A stretch of 64,000 nucleotides of DNA from Armatimonadota bacterium (GCA_041690135.1 JAWLHY010000001.1:1312001-1376000), one strand, 5' to 3'; positions 18,209 through 28,549 are shown, counted from the stretch's first letter. A program made the numbers and translations. The notes: a model not told the origin generated them from the sequence alone.

Positions 18209-20803
18209 CTAGAGCGGGATAAAGCCCCGGCCCGAGAGGTTGACCTTCACGGATGATCGCTTCTTGTCGCTGCACTCGATGATCATCGTGTGGTTCATCG
18301 GCCCGATTACGTCCGGCTTGAACTGGATTGTGACCCACTGATAAGAACGCGGAGGCATGATGTAGCTGCCGCCGCCGTCCGCAACCGTGAACGGCGGCGG
18401 ACAGGGCTGGATCTTCACCGCCAGCGGCGTCTTGGCGACGTTCATAATCCGGATGCGCTTGCTGATGACGAAGCCAACGGGTGTCTTCGGGAAGACCAGC
18501 TTCTTGCCGACCTTGATCGTGCCGCTGGCCACGATCGGGGCCTCGTCCGTAACCTTCACCAGGAAGGCGTCGCTGACACCCCCACCGTAACCCGGTTGGA
18601 TGGTGCCACTGGTGCCGGGGAACGTTGCGCCAAGCGTGGTTCCCGCGATGTATACGTCACCCTCGCCGTTGACGGCAATGGCGTTGCCGTAGTCCTGATC
18701 GTTGCTGCCGAAGTAACCCGAATAGATCAGGTTGCTCGCGGTGCTGTCCAGCTTCGTGACGAAGGCGTCGAAGAGACCGCCGAAGTGCTTCTGCATCGCC
18801 CGCGTGGTGGGGAAGTTCACCGAGCTGGTGTATCCCGTTACGTAGGCAATACCATTCGGCCCCACTGCGATCGCCTGTCCGAAGTCGTCGCCGCTGCCCC
18901 CCAGGTAGGTGGAGTACACCAACTGGAAGCCGGCCGCATCGATTTTGGTGACGAAGGCGTCAGCCTTTCCGTACGGCGTTCCCCGGTAGGGCCGCGGCTC
19001 CTTCTTGCTGATCGGGAAGTTGTTCGACTTGGTGTACCCGGTTACGTACGCGTTGCCGACCTCATCCGCTGCCACATCCAGAGCTTTGTCGTCGTTAACG
19101 CCGCCCAGGTAGGTGGACCAGACGAACTTCTGGCCGCTCGGCACCATCTTTGCGACCCAGCCGTCGCTGTGGTCGGGACGCTTGCTCCGGTTGACCCGCT
19201 GTAGATTGTTGAACACCGGGAAGGTGTACTTTGAGTTCGTGCCGCCGCAGATGTAGACGAAACCCTGCGAGTCGACGTCGATCCCGTAACCAACGTCAGT
19301 GCCCTCGCCGAAGTCGGTATTTCCACCGTAATTCTCCGGTCCACCTCCCAGGAAGGTGGAGAAGGAGATCTGTCCGAGGACATCGAGTCCCGTGACAAAT
19401 GCGTCCGTTGGGCCGCCGCCGTAAAGACCCTGAATCGGGCTCACGGTCCAGAACTCACCTCCGGTGGTGCTACCGGTGATGTAGGCATTGCCGGCCGGAT
19501 CTACCGCGATGGCGTATGCGATGTCTTCCTGCGGAATCACCTTCGGCGGCGCGTAGTTGCCCACGTAGGTGGAGTAGAAGATCCCGGACCCATCGACCGT
19601 AAGACGGGTGACGAAGGCATCGGCCGCACCCCCGCCGTAGATCGGCTGAGCCGGCTCGGTACCGGGCGGGCTGGCGATCGGGAAATCTTGCGAATTGGTA
19701 GCCCCACACACGTAAGGGCGACCCGCCATGTCGACCGCTACGTCATTGCCGTAGTCCTGGCCCGTGCCGCCAATGTAGGTCGAGTAAACGAGTTCCGTGC
19801 CTTCTTCGTTGATCTTGCAGACGTAGGCGTCCGTCAGGCCCGCGTTGTTCGTCTGGAAGGCCCCTGCGGTCGTCGGAAAGTCAACGGAGTCCGTGGACCC
19901 GGAGACGTAGACAAACCCTTCCGGATCCAGTGCCAGGCCATTCCCCTGATCCAGTCCGGACCCGCCCAGGTAGGTCCCCCAGAGGAGGACCGGGTCAATC
20001 ACGAGAGGCTTGGACTTATCGTATTCAGCGATCTGGAAACCGACTTTGCCGTTATCAGCCAGGGTGTAAGCCGAGTCGATGTGAAGGCGCGCCCCTTCGA
20101 TTTCCTGGTAGACCAGCGGCTTCTGCAGTCCGAGCGAGCCGGAAGGGGTCTCTACCGAGAGATTGCCGCTGCCATCGACCGACACGGACTTGGCACCGGC
20201 GAACTCGAGTTGGACCTGGTTGGGATCGGCTCCCGGTGCAACTACGAAGTCATGCTCCAACTGGCGCTGATTGCCGTAGTACACCACATCCACGCCTTGA
20301 TAGACGTCCTCGAACCGCACGCGCTCGAAGTGGGGCACGTTGCGAATCCAACTGGAGTCGTTGCGTCCGCGCAGGTAGTGGCTTACTCCGCGCTGACGCC
20401 GCTCCGCCCGGCCCTTAGCGGATGGGTCCGCTCCCACCAGGCGCATCGTTACCGAGGCGCGTTCCGGCTCCGTTAACAGGCCCGCGCGACCATTTACCCG
20501 CTCGGTGAGCTTCCCTTCCCGTTGCCGGCGAAGTTTGATCTCGGCTTCTGCGGGGCGCAGGAGTACGTTGTACCCGTTGCCGCGGGCGAGGAATTTCACC
20601 CGGGTATCGGTCTGTCCGTGGTTCGCCTCAAAGCTAAGGGGCAGCCGGGAGTACGCCCGGGCGATGTCCTGTAGAGGCGCTTGGCCTTTCGGCTCTATTA
20701 CGGGGTTGGTGCCAGCCGCCCCGGCGCCCAGGAGAGCCATGGCCGCCACCATCGTACCACCGAGCCAGCGCGGCATGTTCTTGTTCATCCTCGTGCTACT
20801 CAT
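18209..20803 (-). CDS. Secreted SBBP-repeat beta-propeller protein with C-terminal Ig-like (ASH/choice-of-anchor D-like) domain (start uncertain)
   Basis: LPLSFEANHGQ, LEHDFVVAPGADP, LVIDP, repeated YSTYLGGSGxD..AIAVD..YVTG.T.S..FP. Confidence 0.9.
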   Translation of the reverse strand: MSSTRMNKNMPRWLGGTMVAAMALLGAGAAGTNPVIEPKGQAPLQDIARAYSRLPLSFEANHGQTDTRVKFLARGNGYNVLLRPAEAEIKLRRQREGKLTERVNGRAGLLTEPERASVTMRLVGADPSAKGRAERRQRGVSHYLRGRNDSSWIRNVPHFERVRFEDVYQGVDVVYYGNQRQLEHDFVVAPGADPNQVQLEFAGAKSVSVDGSGNLSVETPSGSLGLQKPLVYQEIEGARLHIDSAYTLADNGKVGFQIAEYDKSKPLVIDPVLLWGTYLGGSGLDQGNGLALDPEGFVYVSGSTDSVDFPTTAGAFQTNNAGLTDAYVCKINEEGTELVYSTYIGGTGQDYGNDVAVDMAGRPYVCGATNSQDFPIASPPGTEPAQPIYGGGAADAFVTRLTVDGSGIFYSTYVGNYAPPKVIPQEDIAYAIAVDPAGNAYITGSTTGGEFWTVSPIQGLYGGGPTDAFVTGLDVLGQISFSTFLGGGPENYGGNTDFGEGTDVGYGIDVDSQGFVYICGGTNSKYTFPVFNNLQRVNRSKRPDHSDGWVAKMVPSGQKFVWSTYLGGVNDDKALDVAADEVGNAYVTGYTKSNNFPISKKEPRPYRGTPYGKADAFVTKIDAAGFQLVYSTYLGGSGDDFGQAIAVGPNGIAYVTGYTSSVNFPTTRAMQKHFGGLFDAFVTKLDSTASNLIYSGYFGSNDQDYGNAIAVNGEGDVYIAGTTLGATFPGTSGTIQPGYGGGVSDAFLVKVTDEAPIVASGTIKVGKKLVFPKTPVGFVISKRIRIMNVAKTPLAVKIQPCPPPFTVADGGGSYIMPPRSYQWVTIQFKPDVIGPMNHTMIIECSDKKRSSVKVNLSGRGFIPL

Positions 20804-21001
20804 CCTGATCAGCCATCCTCTGCGCCGCGCGACGACCGGAGCGGACTCCAACGAGCCGGTCCGCTTCCTCACTGGCCTCTGCCGCGCCGCTGCCTACAGC
20901 CAACAGCTTGATTGCTGTCGCAGCGCCTAAATGACCTCTTATCACTTTATTAATCGGTCAGTCCCTTTCCTGCTTAGGAACCGTTTTCTCTTGTTTTTCG
21001 C

Positions 21002-21913
21002 TTACGCGTCCGCCACCAGTGTGTTCCGAAGCACACCGATGTTCTCGATCTCCACCTCCACGGTGTCGCCCGGCTGGAGAAAACTCCCCCGTGCGCTTCC
21101 CACCCCACCGGGAGTTCCCGTGGAAATCAGGTCTCCCGGCTCCAGGGTAACGACACGGCTGATGAACGCGACGATCTCCGGGACAGTGAAGATCATGTCT
21201 CCGGTGCTGGCACTCTGACGGATCTCGCCGTTCACCCTTGTTCGCAGCGCGAGGGCGTGCGGGTCCTCGATTTCGTCGCGGGTTACCAACCACGGTCCGC
21301 AAGGGGCACTGGTATCGAACCACTTCCCCACTAGCCAGTCGAAGAATTTGTCTCGCTCCCGGTCCACCCGCGGAGGCTCCTTGGAAGCCAGGCTGCGCTC
21401 CGAGATGTCGTTCAGGACCGTATAACCCGCCACGTACCGGTATGCCTGCTCGACGGGGATCTCTTTGCCGCGCTGACCGATGACGATGACGAACTCCCCT
21501 TCGTAGTCCAGCTTTCGGCCGATCTTCGGGTAGCGGATCTCCTCATGGGCGCCGATCAGCGTGGTGCTGGGCGGCTTCATAAAGAAATAGGGGTAAGTCA
21601 AGTCCTTCTCGTGGGTGGGCCGTCCCCCCTCTCGCACGTGCTCCTGATAGTTTCCGGCGAGGGCCAGCAGTTTTCGTGCCTGCGGTACCGGTGGCTTCAA
21701 CTCAACGGTGCTGAGCGGCCGGAGTTGCCCGGCCAGCGATTCTCCTCGTTCGGCGCGTTCCACCGCCGACATCACGGCGGACATTCCTAACTCCCCGGCT
21801 TCCAGGAATGCGAGGGCGGTCGGGTAGACGTTGGTGAGATCGAGAACCCTTTCTCCGGAGAGAAGGGCGCCGAGTCGCAATTGGCCGTCAATAGAAAAAG
21901 AGAGTACGCGCAT
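21002..21913 (-). CDS. Fumarylacetoacetate hydrolase family protein
   Basis: GNYQEH, FFMKP, LDYEGE, NDISER, GKWFDT..P.GP, TLEPGDLISTGTP. Confidence 0.93.
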   Translation of the reverse strand: MRVLSFSIDGQLRLGALLSGERVLDLTNVYPTALAFLEAGELGMSAVMSAVERAERGESLAGQLRPLSTVELKPPVPQARKLLALAGNYQEHVREGGRPTHEKDLTYPYFFMKPPSTTLIGAHEEIRYPKIGRKLDYEGEFVIVIGQRGKEIPVEQAYRYVAGYTVLNDISERSLASKEPPRVDRERDKFFDWLVGKWFDTSAPCGPWLVTRDEIEDPHALALRTRVNGEIRQSASTGDMIFTVPEIVAFISRVVTLEPGDLISTGTPGGVGSARGSFLQPGDTVEVEIENIGVLRNTLVADA

Positions 21914-21937
21914 GGAGTTCCCTTTTCAGTCTCAGCG

Positions 21938-21995
21938 GGTTGGGAACCGGCACTGCCGCTCGCACGACCCACAGTAGATATGCCGGTGCCCTACC
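21938..21995. repeat. Inverted REP-like pair
   Basis: ggttgggaaccggca ... tgccggtgccctacc (13/15 inverted; GTAG end). Confidence 0.55.
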
Positions 21996-22068
21996 AAGCA
22001 TGCATTAAACTTCCGTAGTACGGCCCATCCCGAGATCGGGAGAATCTCTCCTGATTTCCGCAATGGTG

Positions 22069-23145
22069 TCATCCGATCGATGGATTCCAGCCAATTCCAG
22101 GCTGGTCCGCCGACACAAGAAGGCGATCATTTTCCTGGGCGAAGGGTAGCCCCGCCGGTTCAAGACCGATAAGAGCGTGGGAGTCCAGATCCACGAAAGT
22201 GAAGGCGCCCGTGCCACACGCCAGGTGGAGGCCGCCGGCGACTCCGAGGAGGCTCTCCAGCATGCAGCCGATCATCAACTGAAGACCGGCGGCCCGCGCC
22301 ACGGCGACGATTTCAAGGGCTCCCAGAAGACCGGCCTTGGCGACCTTGATGTTGATCCCGTGTGCCGCCCGCTCAGCGGCGAGACGGACGGCCGCGCTGG
22401 CGTCGATCACCGCTTCATCGGCAATCACCGGCACGGAGCTGTCGCGGGTTACCTCTGCCAGTCCTTCCCAGTCCTCGCAGGGAACGGGCTGTTCCAGCAT
22501 TTCGACGGGAACGGAGTGCCGCTCGCACTGCCGAAGGAAGGCGAGGGCCTCAACGGCGGTGAAGGCCTGGTTGGCATCCAACCGGATGGCCGCGGAAGGG
22601 GCGGAGTGCGCTACGGAGAGGACTCGCCGGAGGTCCTCATCGCGATCGGGGCCCCCCACCTTGATTTTTAAGGAGCGATAGCCCCGTTCGGCCGCTGCGC
22701 GAGCCAGGTTTCCGGATTCCTCGACCGTGCTGATGGGGATCGTGATATCGGTGCGCACCTCCGCGACAGCGCCGCCGAAGTAAACCCACAGGGGAACTCC
22801 CCAGGTCTGGGACAGGCCGTCCAACAGGGCCATTTCCACGGCACTGCGTGCTGTCGGGTCGGCGGGCAGGCACTCCAGGAGCATAGCGCCCCAGCGGGAA
22901 ACGCGTCGAAGGTCGGCGCCGGAGAGGGCCTCCGCGGCTCTACTTACCGCCGCCGTTACCGTTTCCGGCGTCTCTCCGGTAACATAGGCGGCGGGGGACG
23001 CTTCTCCCCAGCCGGTAATGCCGTTCGAGAAAGCAGCTTCTACGCGTACGTTTTCGGCCTCCGTCGACCGGCGCTTGGCGCTTTCGAACGGGCTCTTCAT
23101 CGGCAGCACCGTAAGGTGTGCCCGTATCTCCAGGATTTCGACCAT
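22069..23145 (-). CDS. Dipeptide epimerase (L-Ala-D/L-Glu epimerase, MLE subgroup of enolase superfamily)
   Basis: GWGEA, KIK, DANQ, EQP, ADE, NIK, GCMLES, DLD. Confidence 0.9.
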   Translation of the reverse strand: MVEILEIRAHLTVLPMKSPFESAKRRSTEAENVRVEAAFSNGITGWGEASPAAYVTGETPETVTAAVSRAAEALSGADLRRVSRWGAMLLECLPADPTARSAVEMALLDGLSQTWGVPLWVYFGGAVAEVRTDITIPISTVEESGNLARAAAERGYRSLKIKVGGPDRDEDLRRVLSVAHSAPSAAIRLDANQAFTAVEALAFLRQCERHSVPVEMLEQPVPCEDWEGLAEVTRDSSVPVIADEAVIDASAAVRLAAERAAHGINIKVAKAGLLGALEIVAVARAAGLQLMIGCMLESLLGVAGGLHLACGTGAFTFVDLDSHALIGLEPAGLPFAQENDRLLVSADQPGIGWNPSIG

Positions 23146-24634
23146 GCATCCCTTCCAATCTCTCTCCCGTCGCGGCTTCCTGCCCCGACCGCTTCTCTTG
23201 GGGCTCGTTGCGCTCACGGCGCCGGTGCTCGCGGCCCAGGAGTCCGAAGCCGGCGCGCGAATGGCCCTCGAACAGCGGATCGATGCGGCGGTGCAGGCGT
23301 TGGGACCCCATGCCACTTCGGCTGTGCGAGTCGTTTCGCTCGACACGGGTGAGGTTCTTTACGAGCGCAACGCGGATCTGTCGCTCAACCCCGCTTCCAA
23401 TATGAAGCTTCTCACGTCCGCGGCGGCTCTGGGTATTCTGGGACCCAATTACCGGTTTCAAACGCGCGTTGCGTTGCGCGGTCGTCTCGCCGGCGGCCGG
23501 CTCAAAGGGGACCTTGCCCTTATCGGCGGCGGCGACCCAGTGCTGGAGACTGAGGACCTCGCCGCGCTGGCCGATGCGGTCCGGAAGGCCGGCATCCGGC
23601 GGGTAGAGGGAAGGCTGGTCGTGGATGAGAGCCGGTACGACGCAGAGCGCCTGGGAATCGGCTGGCAGTCCGATGACGAGCCCTATTACTACAGCGCGCA
23701 GATCAGCGGCCTGAGCGTGAACCGCAACGTGTTGACGGTCCAGGTGCGACCCGGCAAAAAGGCGGGGCAGCCGCCCGTGATCGAGCTGGCGCCGGTGCCG
23801 GGTCACCTTAAGGTAACATCCAGTCTCACTACCGTCGCGGCTGGAGCCGGTACGGATGTCGATATCACCCGCCGCCGCGGTCATAACGAGCTCCTCATCT
23901 CGGGCCGGATCGCGGTGGACAGCGGTCCGGTTCGGGAGACGGCGGTGACGATGGAGGAGCCGGCGCTCTTCACCGGGGCGCTCTTCCGCCGGCTGCTGGC
24001 CGCTCGCGGGGTGGTGGTTGAGGGTTCCACGGTGCGGGGCAAAACGGGAGCGGAATGGCGGCAGGTCGCTCGTCGCGACTCCCCTCCCCTTTCGGAGATC
24101 GTGGTAGCCCTGAACAAGCCCAGCGATAATCTGGTCGCCGAGATGCTGTTGAAGGAGCTGGGATATCAACGGAAGCAGCCCGGTGACGCGACAACGGGTT
24201 CTACCGTGGTCGAAGAGTGGCTGAAGGGATTGGGAATTGCTGTTTCCGGGGTGCGTGTGAACGACGGCAGTGGATTGAGCCGGATGGACCTCGTAACCGC
24301 GCGCGCGATCAGCGACCTCCTGGTAAAGGCCGATAAGCAAGCGTGGCGTGAGATCTTCATTCACTCCCTGCCAGTGGCGGGGGTGGACGGGACCTTGCGC
24401 CGCCGGCTGAAGGATACTCCGGCGGAAGGCAATCTCCGCGCCAAAACGGGGACATTGAGCCACGTAACGGCGCTGGGAGGATATGTCACCACCGCTGGCA
24501 AGGAGCGGTTGGCATTCAGCATCCTGATCAACAACTATCCGGGTCCGGCCAGCGGTCCGGAGGGCTCCAAGCGCATTGAGGACCGAATTGCGGTCACTCT
24601 CGCGGAGTGGGAGCGACCGAAGCCCGCGAATTAG
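23144..24634 (+). CDS. dacB: D-Ala-D-Ala carboxypeptidase/endopeptidase (peptidase S13, PBP4)
   Basis: PASNMK (SxxK), SDN (SxN), DGSGLSR, AKTGTL; signal-like N-terminus. Confidence 0.93.
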   Translation: MHPFQSLSRRGFLPRPLLLGLVALTAPVLAAQESEAGARMALEQRIDAAVQALGPHATSAVRVVSLDTGEVLYERNADLSLNPASNMKLLTSAAALGILGPNYRFQTRVALRGRLAGGRLKGDLALIGGGDPVLETEDLAALADAVRKAGIRRVEGRLVVDESRYDAERLGIGWQSDDEPYYYSAQISGLSVNRNVLTVQVRPGKKAGQPPVIELAPVPGHLKVTSSLTTVAAGAGTDVDITRRRGHNELLISGRIAVDSGPVRETAVTMEEPALFTGALFRRLLAARGVVVEGSTVRGKTGAEWRQVARRDSPPLSEIVVALNKPSDNLVAEMLLKELGYQRKQPGDATTGSTVVEEWLKGLGIAVSGVRVNDGSGLSRMDLVTARAISDLLVKADKQAWREIFIHSLPVAGVDGTLRRRLKDTPAEGNLRAKTGTLSHVTALGGYVTTAGKERLAFSILINNYPGPASGPEGSKRIEDRIAVTLAEWERPKPAN

Positions 24635-24775
24635 GGCGAACCGGTTTGTTCGGGCGTGGGTCATGGCAACAGACACAGGAAGTTCCATCCGGACGGTCCG
24701 TTTGTGGGCGAGGGGCCGGGGGGAGAAATATGGGGCGGCTCGCGATAGCACGCGGAGCGCCCGAGGAGCGATGTC

Positions 24776-25723
24776 ATGCCACGCGCAATTCATTGGGTTG
24801 CAGGGCTCCTGCTGACGGGGGTGGTGCTCGGAAAGGCCGGTGCAGCTGAGATCCGGCCGGTCCCGGTCTACGTGAATGGGGGACGTCTCAGCTCGGACGC
24901 CCTGATGGTGACGGAAGCCGGGCGTACGGTCCTGCCGATGCGGGCGCTGTTTACCTCGCTGGGTGCCCGGGTCGAGTGGGACGCCCGCGAGCGCGCCGTT
25001 TACGCGTGGACACCCGACGGAAGCGGCGTCCGGTTTGAAGTCGGCGAGCGCCAGGCCCAGATCATGGAAATGGCGGATCGTCCCCAAGCCGGCGACTGGG
25101 GGAAAGTCGTGGGTCGTCGCACGCTGGACGTGCCGGCCCTGGTCGTGCAGGACCGCGTCTACATTCCGATCCGGGCCGCCGGCGAGTCGTTGAATGCGGA
25201 CGTCCGCTGGGTGGCCAGCACTCCGGCCGTGTACATCGCCACGGGTGCCGTGGCGGGAACGCGCGAGGAGACCCCTCTCGAAGTGGACCCGGCACCCGAG
25301 AACGACCGGCCCGCCCGGCCGGCCGCCACGGCTGCCCAGATTGCCCAGGCGCTGGACGTTCGTCTGGTGATCGGTGAACAGGTTTTCCCGCGCGGCGAAA
25401 CGGTGCCCCTCCAACTGGTGGTGACTAACCAGAGTCAGCGACCGGTGGTGGTGCCCTTCGGTTCCGGACAGCAGTTCGATTTTGAGGTAGTACGGAACGG
25501 CACGGTGGTCTGGAATTGGGCACGGGACCGGGCCTTCACCCAGGTGTTCAGTACGATGACTCTCCAGCCGGGCGAACGGATGGTCTATGAGACGAGCTGG
25601 GCACAGCGGAACAACCAGGGTAACCGCGTGCGTCCGGGCCTCTACACGGTCCGCGGCGTGGTGACTCCCGCTTTCCCCCGGCTTCGTCCCGCCGACGAGA
25701 AGCGCATCGAGATCGTCGAGTAG
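24776..25723 (+). CDS. Secreted protein: copper-amine-oxidase N-terminal (stalk) domain plus BsuPI-like domain
   Basis: GRTVLPMRAL..LGARVEWD, RVYIPIR; C-terminal FGSGQQFDF..VWNW..RAFTQ..L.PGE..W..PG.Y. Confidence 0.8.
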   Translation: MPRAIHWVAGLLLTGVVLGKAGAAEIRPVPVYVNGGRLSSDALMVTEAGRTVLPMRALFTSLGARVEWDARERAVYAWTPDGSGVRFEVGERQAQIMEMADRPQAGDWGKVVGRRTLDVPALVVQDRVYIPIRAAGESLNADVRWVASTPAVYIATGAVAGTREETPLEVDPAPENDRPARPAATAAQIAQALDVRLVIGEQVFPRGETVPLQLVVTNQSQRPVVVPFGSGQQFDFEVVRNGTVVWNWARDRAFTQVFSTMTLQPGERMVYETSWAQRNNQGNRVRPGLYTVRGVVTPAFPRLRPADEKRIEIVE

Positions 25724-25724
25724 C

Positions 25725-25733
25725 TGTTACAAT
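25725..25733 (+). promoter_or_regulatory. Extended -10 element for a probably leaderless rqcH transcript
   Basis: TG-T-TACAAT ends 6 nt before GTG at 25740; no SD. Confidence 0.55.
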
Positions 25734-25739
25734 GACGGC

Positions 25740-27497
25740 GTGAACTACGACAGCTTTTGCATGGCAGCCGCGGCCGAGGAACTCCACCGGGAGTTCCTCG
25801 GCGCTTTCGTGGACCGCGTCCACCAGCCCGACGAGTTGCTCGTCGTTCTCGCGTTCTCCGGACGCGGCGCCCGGCGGCACTGGCTGCTGTCCTGTGACGC
25901 TCGCTGGCCCCGATCCCACGAGACCCGGCGCCGGCGCAATAACCCTCCCAACCCGCCCGCCTTTTGCATGCTGTTGCGGAAGTACCTGGAGGGCAGCCGG
26001 CTTGTGGAAGTGGAGCAGGTGCGGTTCGACCGGATTCTGCGCCTGACCTTTCGCAGGGGCGATGAAACCTGCATCCTCGTGCATGAGGTGATGGGTCGGC
26101 ACAGCAATTTGTTGCTGCTGGGGGCCGACCAGAAAATCCTGGGCGCCGTCAAACTGGTCTCCCCCGACCAGACCCGGGTGCGGCCGGTGGCGCCGGGCCT
26201 GGCCTACCACGAGCCTCCCGGCGAGCGACCCGACCCTCGGGGGCTGAGCCGAATGGATCTGGAAGTGCTGTTCCGCGAGCAGGAAGTTCGCACTCCCGAA
26301 CGGCTGACCCGGAGCTTAAGTGGCTGGGGAACCTTTCCCGCGCGCGAGGTATTCCTGGAAGTAGAAGCACGGATGGCCGGCGATCGTGCCGAACCGGACC
26401 TCCAAGACCTCCCAAACCCACCCGACGTGGCAGCTTCCCTGGCGGAGAGCGTTCACCGCCGCATGGAGCGGGTCCGGCAGGGTAACTTCGCACCTCACGT
26501 GTTGCTGGACGAACACGGACGTGCCAGGGGCATTTGGGCGTTCGCTTCGCACCAGCCGGGATGGACCGACGGACGGGTATTTCCGGGGATCTCAGCCGCC
26601 TGCGATGCGTATTTTGCCGAACTCGAAGAGACCCACGCGCGCGAGACGCTGCGGAAATCGCTGGTAGGCGCCCTGGAAAGGGCCCTGCGAACAACGGAAC
26701 TCCAGCGGTCCGAAGCGCAGGGCTTTCTCGACCGCCTGGCGCAGAACGAACTACTCCGCATTCAAGGGGAGCTGGTAGCCGCGCATGCCGGCCAGATCGA
26801 ACGCGGCGCCGAGCGCGTGGAGCTGCCGAACTGGTATGACCCATCCGGCGGCGCCCTCTCCATCGCTCTCGATCCGGAGCTAAGTGCGCGGGAGAATGCC
26901 GACCGCTTCTTCCAGCGTTACCGTCGCGGTGTGGCTGGTGCGGAAGCGGCGCTGGACCGGGTCCCGGAACTGGAAGCACGGATTGCCGAACTGGAACGGG
27001 AGTTAGCCGAGGCGCAAGTCGCGGAGCATCGCCGGTTGGAAGAACTGTGGGAAGACGCCCGTCGCCGCGGGCTCTTCCGTGAGGTCTCAACCCGCGGCAA
27101 GGACCGCTCCGAGGGCGGCAGTGAGTTTCCGACGGGGGTTCGGGTGAAGCGGTTTACGATGGGCAACTGGGAGATCGTATGGGGCGAGAACGCCACCTCC
27201 AACGACTATCTCACTATGCGCTGGGCGCGTCCCGGCGACTTGTGGCTCCATGCCCGCGCCATCACGGGGGCCCATGTAATCGTCCGCGGAGTGGAAACTC
27301 TGGATCGTCTCCCGCCGGAAGTGCTGCGCGAAGCCGCGCGTCGAGCGGCGGCACACAGCGAGGGACGGCATTCCGCGGTGGTAGCCGTGGACTACACCTT
27401 CCGTCGTTACGTCCGTAAGCCGAAAGGGAGCGCACCGGGCGCGGTTACGTACGTTCGCGAGAAGACGCTCCACATCGACCCGCGCTCCGGACAATAA
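25740..27497 (+). CDS. rqcH: Ribosome quality control protein RqcH/Rqc2 (FbpA/NFACT)
   Basis: FCMLLRKYL, FDRIL, EVMGRHSN, ENADRFF..Y, DLWLHA..GAHV, VDYT..YVRKP. Confidence 0.92.
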   Translation: MNYDSFCMAAAAEELHREFLGAFVDRVHQPDELLVVLAFSGRGARRHWLLSCDARWPRSHETRRRRNNPPNPPAFCMLLRKYLEGSRLVEVEQVRFDRILRLTFRRGDETCILVHEVMGRHSNLLLLGADQKILGAVKLVSPDQTRVRPVAPGLAYHEPPGERPDPRGLSRMDLEVLFREQEVRTPERLTRSLSGWGTFPAREVFLEVEARMAGDRAEPDLQDLPNPPDVAASLAESVHRRMERVRQGNFAPHVLLDEHGRARGIWAFASHQPGWTDGRVFPGISAACDAYFAELEETHARETLRKSLVGALERALRTTELQRSEAQGFLDRLAQNELLRIQGELVAAHAGQIERGAERVELPNWYDPSGGALSIALDPELSARENADRFFQRYRRGVAGAEAALDRVPELEARIAELERELAEAQVAEHRRLEELWEDARRRGLFREVSTRGKDRSEGGSEFPTGVRVKRFTMGNWEIVWGENATSNDYLTMRWARPGDLWLHARAITGAHVIVRGVETLDRLPPEVLREAARRAAAHSEGRHSAVVAVDYTFRRYVRKPKGSAPGAVTYVREKTLHIDPRSGQ

Positions 27498-27502
27498 CCG
27501 CT

Positions 27503-27970
27503 TTAGACCTGGTCGCCGCCGCTGCAGTACTTTTGGTGGGCTTCGTGGATCTGATCGATCCGCCGTTGATGTCGTTCGGCGCCACTGAACGGCTCGTCCA
27601 CCCAGGCGCGCACGACTTCTAGAGCCGCACCCACTCCGATGACACGCTCCCCCATCGTGAGAACGTTCGCGTCATTGTCCTTTCGCGAGGACTTCGCGCT
27701 GAAGACGTCGTGACAGGTGACGGCGCGGATGCCCGGTACTTTATTGGCGGCAATACATGGCCCCAGACCCGAGCCACAAGGGAAGATGCCCAGGTCCGCC
27801 TCACCGCGGGCGACGGCCTCGGCGACTTTGAACGTGTACTCCGGATAGTCGACCGGTTGGTCCCCGTTCGTTCCCAGGTCCAGGACCTCGTGGCCCATCT
27901 CCGACAGCAGCTTCTGGATCGCCCGCTTCAGATTGATGCCGGCGTGGTCACTTCCAATTGCGATCTTCAC
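27503..27970 (-). CDS. rpiB: Ribose-5-phosphate isomerase B
   Basis: IAIGSDHAG, VDYP, CGSGLG, ANKVPGIRA, NDANVL, RHQRR. Confidence 0.95.
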   Translation of the reverse strand: MKIAIGSDHAGINLKRAIQKLLSEMGHEVLDLGTNGDQPVDYPEYTFKVAEAVARGEADLGIFPCGSGLGPCIAANKVPGIRAVTCHDVFSAKSSRKDNDANVLTMGERVIGVGAALEVVRAWVDEPFSGAERHQRRIDQIHEAHQKYCSGGDQV

Positions 27971-28117
27971 CCTCAAATCCCCCGCCCCAGATGGGCACCG
28001 GCCCATTATACCTCAAAGGGGGATTGTGGTAGAATTACGCGACGGCGCGGGACGGGTCCCGTGACCTTTTCTCCCCTATTCTCCCGGTCGTACGCCGGCA
28101 AAGAAGAGCAAGCGTTT

Positions 28118-28549
28118 ATGGCGGCAGGTCATCAGCATCATCTGGAATTCGGCGGCAGCCCGGTAGGAACCGAGTTCGACGGCTCGCTTCAGTTTCGCCT
28201 TGTAGACCGCATTCCACACATTTCAGTTTCCCAGGACTTCACTGAGAAGACGGCCCGCCAGATCCGGTATGCTCTCGTGGCGACCGTCGGCCCGGAGCGC
28301 CCGTTCTACCACCGGTACCACTACGTGGTGCTCGACGTGCGGATGATCGGCGAGTGGGCGGCGGGCAGCGGTGAGTTTGTAGGCGCCCTGCGCGACCGGA
28401 TGCGGAACATCGGTGGGGAACTCTTTCTGGTAGCCACAAATCGGGTTCCGGTGCCGGGGGAAGTGCCGACCTTTCCGAGTGCCGAAGAGGCGATCGCCGC
28501 GGCCAAGAAACTCCGGGCGGAGCGTCGTGCCGCCGCACTTGGCCTTTAG
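28118..28549 (+). CDS. Hypothetical protein, divergent STAS-like fold
   Basis: VVLDV..., R...GGELFLV, FPSAEEAI pattern resembles STAS domains. Confidence 0.5.
   Translation: MAAGHQHHLEFGGSPVGTEFDGSLQFRLVDRIPHISVSQDFTEKTARQIRYALVATVGPERPFYHRYHYVVLDVRMIGEWAAGSGEFVGALRDRMRNIGGELFLVATNRVPVPGEVPTFPSAEEAIAAAKKLRAERRAAALGL

Noticed and set aside
22940-25414. 824-aa minus-strand ORF
   Set aside because: Antisense shadow of dacB and the stalk-domain gene.
28000-28012. 13-mer GGTATAATGGGCC shared by the rpiB promoter (-) and 10022-10034 (+)
   Set aside because: Largely explained by the -10 consensus plus a GC-rich discriminator; two copies are insufficient to call a regulatory motif.
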